NCBI GenBank assembly: GCA_043228905.1
Contig: JBHGNT010000011.1
Coordinates: 17,670,001-17,734,000 of the forward strand
DNA length: 64,000 nucleotides
Source of the DNA: Azolla caroliniana
Lineage: Eukaryota > Plantae > Polypodiophyta
Reading direction: 5' to 3'
Shown: piece after piece, positions 55,001 to 64,000 of the stretch
Layout of the letters: each line of letters opens with the position of its first letter
Position numbering within the stretch: the stretch's first letter is position 1
The notes under the pieces: model-generated
Seen by the model: only the letters and a program-made list of their open reading frames with translations
The model's database searches: none
What the model was told of the DNA's origin: nothing
Translations under genes and position numbers: made by a program

Positions 55001-58000
55001 AGAGCATTCATTACCTCTCTTTGAAATTCCTCCAATGCATCGCCTGAAATATCTTGTTCAAGAAACTTTTTAATTGCAATTTCCTAAGACATAATTTATG
55101 CAGAAGTGTTAATGAAATATAGATAGTTAGCATCATGAGTACAACTTCATAAACTAGCTAAAACCTATTTAGTAAAGTCATTGCATTTCCTAGAAGCCTA
55201 TGGTTGAGCTACATGGAAATAATACTACCAACTAAGATTTATTACATGTGGTATGCAATAGGATTACGTTTTCAATACTCGTAAAAAATTTAGGTGGTAT
55301 GAGGAAAACCTTGTGTTAGTTAGCATATATAAACTAAACAGAGAATGAAAATTGTCAAATTGGTTGCAAATACCAACCGTTCCATGCCACTCTCCACGAT
55401 AAACCTCTCCATAAGAACCTGCAACAAAAGATAAAGACATGATAAGCAATTATATGCCAAATAAACAAGTGAAATGACATCCAACCCTCAAAACTAGGGA
55501 GCCTATCCATAAATGAAAGATGAAACCCACTGATTGGTTTTAATGTAGCACATATATATAGCTAGAAAGTTATACTTTTATGTTGTATACGAAATAGGAT
55601 TAGGATGATGAACATAGATCTGATTGTGAGTTCTCAGTTCTATGTTCATATCTCACGTATAGTACAACAGATTCTATACTCAATGCTGGGATCAATATAT
55701 TTCTATTGTGCTCAATGTTAAATCAAGATAATGTGTCCCAGGCATCCAAAGTTCATTCCTTGTAACAAAAGATTATACAATATCCTGAGTTTATTATAAT
55801 AAATATCATGATACATGCATTGTTAAAGTTCACTAGCCTGAAAAATTCATGTGGTTGGACTTCTTTACATGAATCAATATCCCAGGACAATTCAAGCATA
55901 AATGCAAAATTACCAACGTGAAGTTGTGTCAAGCTAAACGATTTCATTGGCTAACTACAGCTAGATTAAACCCATTATATCAACTTACCAAGCCCAATTC
56001 TTTCTCCTACAACAAGTTCTTCCCATTGAATCTCCCATTCAACCACATCATCAAGACCTCGATCTGACTTGGCACAAACAGACCCGGTGCATTTTCCTGA
56101 AACTCTTTCTTCGTCTAAGGCTTCCTCCTTTACAAACTCCGAAGCAGGAAAGTCGATACGTCTACCAACAACGGCAGAAGTTGCCATGAGCACAGCAGCA
56201 GTAGCTGTTGCAGCAGCTGCAACAGGAACCTCGAGACATGGATCAGAAACAAGATCTGACTTAGATGCTGCAACTACCATTGAAGAGGCCACAACTGCGG
56301 CTGTGGCAGCGGCAGCGGCAGCTGCTACAGGAACACGTTTTATAAGTTCAGATGGAATATTATCCTTCACCAGAGTGGTTCCCGTTGGTGACATAAGAGT
56401 AGAAGATTGTATAATAGCAGCTTCTGGTGATGCTGATGAATTTGGTGACGTATTTGTAGAGGGAGTTAAGGGTCTCCTCATCCCCAAGCCTTCCACAGAA
56501 TGTAGCCGCTGCAGCAGCTTCTCCTTGGCAGTTTCTTCCGAGGTTCCATCAACAGTTAATGATGTACTAGAAGGCCTCCCTGGACTTGAACTATTCCTCT
56601 CTTCCATATAACCAGTACCCTTTTTATCAGTATTTTCTAATTGTTTTTCATTTGAAGCATTGCTCACTTCCAAATTTATAGGCGATGGTAATGCCTTCAC
56701 AGGAATATCATTGAATAAGTTGGAAGGTGGTTGAAGCCCATTCTCAACAAGAAAGTCATGCAGCCTTTTTGCAAGTTTCGGGTCCTCTTTAGTAGCTTCC
56801 ATCATGTACTCAGAAACACCAACATCTTTTACTTTGGAGTCTTGCATCCCTTCAGTCCACGATGGAGACCTCCAATGAGAAAAAGGTCTGTTTACAATAG
56901 GCAAAGTAGGGATGGCATCAACTTCCTCAAGTGGTTCACTTTCTTGATGTTCCACTGCCTTCACCCCAGGAACATTGCCAGCTAAATTTTTTGTTGATAT
57001 GGGGTCTTCACATATAGCCTGACTATTGTAATCAACAAAAACATCTTTGCTGAAAATATGGTCACCATCTGTATCATCTGGAGCAGATGGAGTGCAAGGA
57101 ATTACAGTTTCCTGATAAAGGTTGTACTTGGGATCATATGTAGACAGCATGCCTGGAGATCCCATCAAATCAACTATGTATTCCCTGCAGAAAACAAAAT
57201 ATCATCTTAGAATAGCAGGTCTCACTTAATTGATTTGTTTTGCGGATCATAACTTATTTGTTTACTTGAAGATGCTTTTACAGAACCAGAATGGTGTGGC
57301 TAAAGATATACCTTTATGAGAGTTGGACTTGTCTGGTTCATAAACTAAATAAGTGCAGAATACAAATGAGCAAATTATTGAGGGAATGAGACACAGAGAG
57401 AGAGAGAGAGAGAGAGAGCCGAGCCTAGACAAATGTAGCTAGGCTGTCTGGAGGAGACCAAAAGATTGTGCAGATAAAGCGCCTCAGGGGGAATGTTGGT
57501 GTGAACACGAATCAACTAACCTCTTGACTGTGCAGATCCCTTTACCAAGACCCTGGGACCTGAGTGGATGAAAATGTTATTGCAGAGCATTCATGTGAGA
57601 AAAACCGTAAATAGGAGGAAGCATTTATGTGATAGAATACCACATAATTGTATTTATATTTGCTCACACTTAGGAGCATATGAGTGTATGACTCAGTTGC
57701 ATCATATCTCTGTTGTAATTACGTTTCTGCATCCTGCTATTGATATAATCTCTTACTTCTCCACTTTATTTGTGTGTTGACTTTCTATGGATATTCTATT
57801 TTTATTGCAACAGTTAATGGTTTCCAGAAAACTTCAAAACTTTGGCCTTCACTAAGAGCGGACTAATAACAAATTGGGTTCTCATAGCACCAAAAGGAGC
57901 CCCTATTCCACATAGAAATTTGCATCCAATATCATCATACTGATAAAATAGTATTTGGTCTAAATGTTCAAGATGATGTATAGAAATTGTATTGAAGAAA

Positions 58001-61000
58001 GAAGAAAGATATATTAACATCTTTTAAGGGGCCAAAATGGCAAATAAGACCAAACAAGAGATTACATCTTACAATGTTGTCTCATCCTTTGAGAAAAACA
58101 AACCAAAATAAACATAAATAAGTTAAAATGCAAATAGAAATAGAAAAAAACAAGCTTAATGTGCTCACTTATGGACACTCATTAAATCAATTTGGTGTTC
58201 ATCACTGCTAGTTTGATGAATGTAGTCTAATTAGAGAAAAGATTGTGTTTGATGCAACAGATTTCACCATTTCATTTCAGCAGATTTATTTGAATGACAT
58301 TCGCTAATGTATCGACACAGTAACGATATCACTCGACAGATAAATAATTTGTCGTGAATATATAGCATGAACACAACAGGTATTCAATATTTAACTTCAG
58401 CACACTAACCTTGCATCAATCTTGATAATGTTTATTGCTATTTCATCACTCCCTGTGTACTTCCTGCCTTTGACCAGCTGACAAGGCACTCCAATTGCGT
58501 CAGCTAAAACCTGCACAGAAAACAAAAGGATGAAATGATCAATCACATTATTTTCCTTTAGATACAATCTCCACTTTATCTTTCTGATATCATCTGTAGT
58601 TATTTTTGTTCAAGAAAGTTGCTCAACTTAAACAGTAAGGCACGATGCCGCTCAAGTCCGACTTGTAGACGTCCCAAAGGTAGTACGGCCTTTCCTAACG
58701 ACAATCTTAGCTCTTCACTACTTGTTCCCCACATTTTGTGAAGTGAATCTGAATCACTAACCACACCACCCATCTGATCAGCTACCATGTCTGCTATTCT
58801 CTGTATCAAGCCATTTGTCTTCATTCCACCGGCCATACCCACTCTAGAGCTCAGCGACGTGGAGATGGCCTTTTGTTCGAGGCTTACTAGATTGTTATCT
58901 GTTACTCTGTTTACCAGGACAACCTCATAAGTCATCTGTTCTGACACTGGTGTCTCTTGCAAGTTTATCAGAGTTGGCATCATCTCTAAAGTTGAGTCTG
59001 ATGTTATTCCATACACATCATAAAACCCATCCAAAACCTTGTCATCATAGTTAAGAATATTCAACTTCTGCAGTAAAGCAATAGCAACATTACGACAATG
59101 GAGCCATTTATCTGTTAGTCACCACACAAATTAACAAAGAAAACTTTCTATTTCTTTAGAAACTAAATATGGACCAGTCATAAAACCCATCCAAAACCTT
59201 GTCATCATAGTTAGGAATATTGAACTTCTGCAGTAAAGTTATAGCAGCATTAAGATAATAGAACCATTTATCTGTAAGTTATCAAACAAATTAACAAAGA
59301 AAATTTTCTATTTCTTTAGAACCTACATATGGACCAGTCACTACTATAGTAAAGAGAAAGAGAGCATCTAAATTACAAAAGAGGGGAGAACATCTTGATA
59401 AATACTGAAGAACTAGGTGTCTAGGACGAATGCGAGGGAAAACTTTTGTTTCTGATAAAGAGAGGTAAAGAGATACCGTACCACTTACTGAGCAATGCTA
59501 AAGGCTGGCTAGGGCATAATGGTTTTCTTATAGTATTTAATTTATGCAGTAAATCTCAAAACATGGGGCAGCCATCAGCCCAGAAGTCACCCAGACAAAA
59601 GCTATGGTTTTGTAAGTGAACCATTGCCCATATACCTCAACAAAATAGGATGGTGGAGCAAATTCATTGGGCAGTAATGGAAATCAGTCTTCCGGAAACA
59701 TTGTTTTCGCCACATTTTCCATTTTATTTGCCTCCCTACTACCATATGACATTAATAATATAAGGATATCAAACTATTGTTGTCAAGGGGAAATGCAAGA
59801 GTGAATACATCATAAGAGAAGAAGTTACATCGAATTGTTTTGTGCATTTGCATGAAGCAACATAATGCCCATGCCTCCCTTCAATGGTTTCTATGCTTAT
59901 GAAGACTCAAAACTTATATTGAAAAAAATAGATTACGTTTATAATGTGAACAATGAGTTCCTTATAAAGTAAAGCTTACAAAACTAGTTCGTCTAAAAGT
60001 TAGGAAATGTATTTCTAACCTTTACATATCCTATAGGCAAACTATGGATCATAATCAGTTGGGAACGAGAATCTACATACCTCTGATCCTTCTGGGGAAA
60101 GCAAAAATCTCACAAATGCTGGTACAGTGAGCTGACCCAGACAAAAGTGGAAGGTGACACACAGAATCAAGAGTTGGCTCTATTGCCACATCTTTTGTCT
60201 ACTTTGACACTATAATCAGGGGAGGCACTTCCAAAGGGGGGAAATAAGCTTACACATGGAACAGAACCACTGATGGAGGTCAATGGAAGCAGTTGCAGAT
60301 GAGATGATGCGCGTGATATTAATGATTGAAATACTTTCAGTGTAAGCATCTCAAGCTAGAGATATTTGTGCATAGCCACCAGGTTATGAATTGCCCGATT
60401 TAGAAAAACAATCTAGCAGCTCAAGAAGACGATTTGTGGGTTATAGCAAATTCTAAGAGCACGGAGTGAACGGATTAACAAAATTTTCATGGATTGCAGA
60501 TACTAGAAGTGTCAAGCCAATGCAAACCAGTGTAGAACATCTGTGACAGCCAGACTTGCATGTGATTGCACTGAAACTGGTTTCCTGGGAGGACTAACTA
60601 TGTTGACACCCAGTACCATTATGAACAAGGGGGTGATTGCAGATAAGAGTATCTGGGGCATCCTAGTGTAGCAATAAACGCGTGGATCTTTTCATGAAGT
60701 TGCTCCAATCAGAAAAACTTTGAAACTGTGTTTCCATATGTTTGACTTTAGTAATAACTTATATTACTACTGGGAGCATCAATATGATGCGGAAACCCAC
60801 AAAAGAATGACAATATACAGAAAGCCCTCTGGATAGAGTAGGGCTTTGAAGCACTCCATGATTTCATTTGAAAGTTTTCTACGTTAAGTTCATACAACTA
60901 CGCAGAGAATGTTTCTAGAATAACGTGAATAACACATGCTTTCATAAGGATAAGCCAATTGCCAAAGAATTAATGTGGATTAATATCCAGATACATCTGA

Positions 61001-62030
61001 TGCCTTTGAATGATGATGATTTACAATGATGAATATCAGGAATGCCATTGAACCTGTTTTCAGTGTGGACCAGACAATTCAAATTGTTAAATTGGATTAA
61101 TGTTTCCAGCATTATGCACAAACAAATGGTGATAGTGACGATTCTAATACTCATGTGAAACTCATTTAAATCTACAGTGATGAAACTCCTAAGTAAAACA
61201 CTTTATTTAATAGAACAACTTACGGAATATTGGTAGGCAAGTAGCTCAGCTGTAGAGTTATTGGGTGGTGGAGTGGTTAAATCTTTAGCGACCTCGATGG
61301 CGGCAGCTTCAGGATCATCTCGAACACTAAGAGCCATCGCTACTTGAACTTGAAGGTCTTCATCTTGTAGAAGAATAGCATGATCACTTACAAGTCGGAA
61401 GACAGCATTTTGGTTCCTTTGAAGACCAATGCCAGATAATACATGTATAGTAGATTGATCATGATGAAGAGGATGAGATTGAAGTGAAGCTTCACCCATG
61501 GCTGTGGCCATATCAGTATTCGAACCTGAACGAGCTCGCGAATCTAAGGCCAAGGCAGCTAAGGAAGAGGTTGTAGAAGCTGCGACTGCATCCATGGCAG
61601 CATGATGCTCTTGCTCCAATTCCGATCTCATAGGATTGGTTTCTTCCAAGAAACCTGTTATGACATCAGTCTTGTGGGTATGATTATAGGTACTCATGGG
61701 TCTTTCTTCTTCCTTTTCCCCTTCTAATTCCCCTTCTAATTCTGAATTTTCTTCTCCTCCTCCTCCTCCTCCTCCTTCCCTTGATGATGATCTGAGGCTC
61801 TTGATGAAAGTGTGGGAGGTGTGGGAGAGGGAGTTCTTGGCAGCGGTGAGGAGACCGGAGGCAGCCTCTGGGAGCAAAAACAGGCCGGTTTTAGGGCTGG
61901 TTTTGGAGGAGGAGGAGATAATATCATCGTCCTCAGTATTGCTGTGGTCTTCTTCCTCATCTTTGACAACAGTTTCTTGGTGTGTGGGGGGTGGGGAGGA
62001 AAGGTGGAGGCGTCGGAAGAGGTTCTTCAT
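52047..62030 (-). CDS. EDR1-like B3 Raf-type MAPKKK (EDR1/CTR1 family), 13 exons
   Basis: N-terminal EDR1 domain ([16 protein letters not shown]; [33 protein letters not shown]; [11 protein letters not shown]) and complete kinase ([50 protein letters not shown]). Exons 62030-61224, 59067-58627, 58510-58410, 57184-55989, 55418-55378, 55083-55015, 54005-53905, 53779-53701, 53557-53459, 53335-53267, 53168-53119, 52904-52728, 52137-52047. The intron-2 donor reads TT, not GT. Confidence 0.93.
54543..54628 (+). pseudogene. rrn5: Degenerate mitochondrial-type 5S rRNA fragment (NUMT) in EDR1-like intron 6
   Basis: CCGGGCATCTTTGTAAGACGTGAAACACCTGATCCCATTCCGACC...CGCCAT...GATATGGTCAAG matches, from recall, the plant mt rrn5 pattern CCGGGCAC.ACGGT.AGACGTGAAA(A)CACCCGATCCCATTCCGACC...GCGCCAT...GACATGGTC.AAG. 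The middle is shortened. Confidence 0.72.
59018..59340. repeat. 160-bp tandem duplication spanning the intron-1 acceptor and first 50 nt of EDR1-like exon 2
   Basis: TCATAAAACCCATCCAAAACCTTGTCATCATAGTTA...CTTCTGCAGTAAAG...GGACCAGTCA at 59018 and 59178. Confidence 0.95.
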
Positions 62031-62161
62031 TAGGGTTTTGTTGTGGTGGGGGGAGACAGAGGAGGAGGGTTAGTTAATTAATTAGCCATGGCTAAAAAGC
62101 CTCCTCCTGCTAATGGCGGCGACAGAGGAAGAGGAAGAGACGGAGGTCGTTAGTAACATAC

Positions 62162-62200
<39 letters not shown>

Positions 62201-62214
62201 TTCTTGTTTAAGAG

Positions 62215-62445
62215 GGAGAGAGCTCTGTTCCAGATCGAGAGAGAGTTAAACACAGCACTCTGTTCTAGAGAGAGAGAGAAGAGAGCTCTGTTCTAGAGAG
62301 AGAGAGAGAGAAGGAGAGAGCTCTGTTCTAGAGAGAGAGAGAGAGAAGGAGAGAGCTCTGTTCTAGAGAGAGAGAGAGAAGTAGAGAGCCTAGAGAAGGA
62401 AGAGAGCTCTGTTTTAGAGAGAGGAGAGAGCTCAATTCTAGAGAG
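62215..62445. repeat. Compound minisatellite of AGAGCTCTGTTCTAG plus (AG)n units upstream of the EDR1-like ATG
   Basis: About 6-7 units of GAGAGCTCTGTT(C/T)TAGAGAG with variable GA runs. Confidence 0.85.
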
Positions 62446-62515
62446 TGAATCTGTGGGGAAAAAGAGAGAGGAGAGAGAGAGAGAAAAAGAAAGAGAGAGA
62501 GAGAGAGAGTCAAAA

Positions 62516-62547
<32 letters not shown>

Positions 62548-64000
62548 AATTTACAAATATTATCCAGAATCCAGATTATTTTCTTTGTTTTTTTGTGTCT
62601 TCTTTGATTTACATACAATTAATTTTATCTATTTTCAAAAAATTGATGTAATTAATTAATAACTTACATAAACTATTTTTTGGAAAAAAAAAATTTAACT
62701 TACATAAACTATATGTAAAAAAATATGTGTGTATATATAGAATCAAAATTCTTCACCTTAAAATGAGTCATTCCTACACACACAACACACACACACACAC
62801 ACAAGAGGGAAGAAGAAGGGAAGGGAAGGGATGGCCAATGTGAGTTTAAAGTGTCTCTCTTTGTGTATGTGTCGTCGGAGGCCACTCTCGGCATATTGCA
62901 TGAATGAGCAGAAGCAAGGACGGAGAAGAAACTCTAGGTTTCTTGGTCACGAGGTGTGTGTCGGGTATATGCATCGTTCTTCACTAGCCTTAGTGATGCC
63001 TTCTTCACCCAATTCCAAGTTTTATGCTCCGTTCCTAACATAATGGTTGTTTTCGTCGATGCTCAAACAAAACAAAACATCCATATCTCTCTTCTTCTTC
63101 TTCTTCTAGTCTACGCAGATATGCTTTATTGGGCAGTAAACGTGTATGAGTTGGAACCATGATTTCCCCCCAACCCTCACCACCCCCCTACACTATGTAC
63201 GGTTTCACTTTCACTTTCTGATATGCTCTTCGTTTCTCTTAGGCTCAAAACAACAAAGTATGTGTTTTCTCCTCAAGTTTTTTCAAATTATTTTGATAGG
63301 ATTTGGTCATAACATTGTGCACTAATCAATCGACCTTAAGTGTTTTGTCTTCTATTAAACATATCTCTATTGTTCTCTAGAGTATTATTAATAACTCTCG
63401 ATTTGGTAAACTCACTATTGATAAGAGGTATTGTATGTCATTTATTCGTTTCATGTCTCTATATCTATATTGTAAGTTATGACAATCCAATGGTATTAAA
63501 ATTGTTCTTCATGATGTTATTAAAGCAAATGTCTGGTAATTACATAATTGATCAACATTAATCGAGTATGCCTCAATCATAAAAAGTGAACATTAATTGA
63601 TTGCATACTAATGAATTGCATAAGTTGTTAATGAACAACATTAATAATGACGTGAATATTTGACTTTATTATGTAGAAGAAAAGAGTGTGTTGTGCTACT
63701 CAAGTGTCAAAATCGTGAGAAGAACATCATGGACAATGTTGACGAGCATTGTCAATGTGATGAGTAATCGACACGGTTATCAATTGAATAGCAATGCCCC
63801 CACGTTGCTATGTTAATTCTACAAAATAAAATCAATGATGGGCCCTGCCATTGTGTTCTTTTGCTTTATTTCTCTTGTTATCGGCATGGAAGGCCCTTAG
63901 GTGATCGAAAGTCCATTTTTGTAAGATCTTCAACACTACATAAAGGAGCAAAGGTCTCAAGTATCCAACAATAGGCAAACCTCTTATATATTCGTATATG

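Noticed and set aside
57555-57572. GGGACCTGAGTGGATG resembling the kinase PEWM motif
   Set aside because: Opposite strand to the kinase, only about 5 codons, no flanking similarity; likely chance.

Overview
This is eukaryotic land-plant nuclear DNA (AT-rich, GT-AG introns, many GA/CATA microsatellites; a fern or other seed-free plant is my guess only). Six protein-coding genes can be built by hand: an intronless ZF-HD transcription factor (+), PIG-L GlcNAc-PI de-N-acetylase (-), a glucose-6-phosphate/aldose 1-epimerase (-), an OTU-like cysteine-protease-family protein (+), an ARL5/ARFC1-like small GTPase (+) and an EDR1-like B3 Raf kinase (-). Intergenic and intronic DNA holds a decayed 5'-truncated L1-type LINE, Ty3/Gypsy and LINE relics, a hAT-like MITE, a tRNA-derived tandem array and a mitochondrial 5S rRNA-like fragment. 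Main observations: (i) local tandem duplications of exon edges in four genes, three of which create competing splice sites leading to premature stops; (ii) a TT instead of GT donor in the otherwise intact EDR1-like gene; (iii) two exact CCAAT-N9-CCACG (ERSE-type) elements upstream of the OTU-like gene; (iv) a dense cluster of homeodomain-type TAAT sites in the ZF-HD promoter. Exon coordinates were read manually and have no transcript support.
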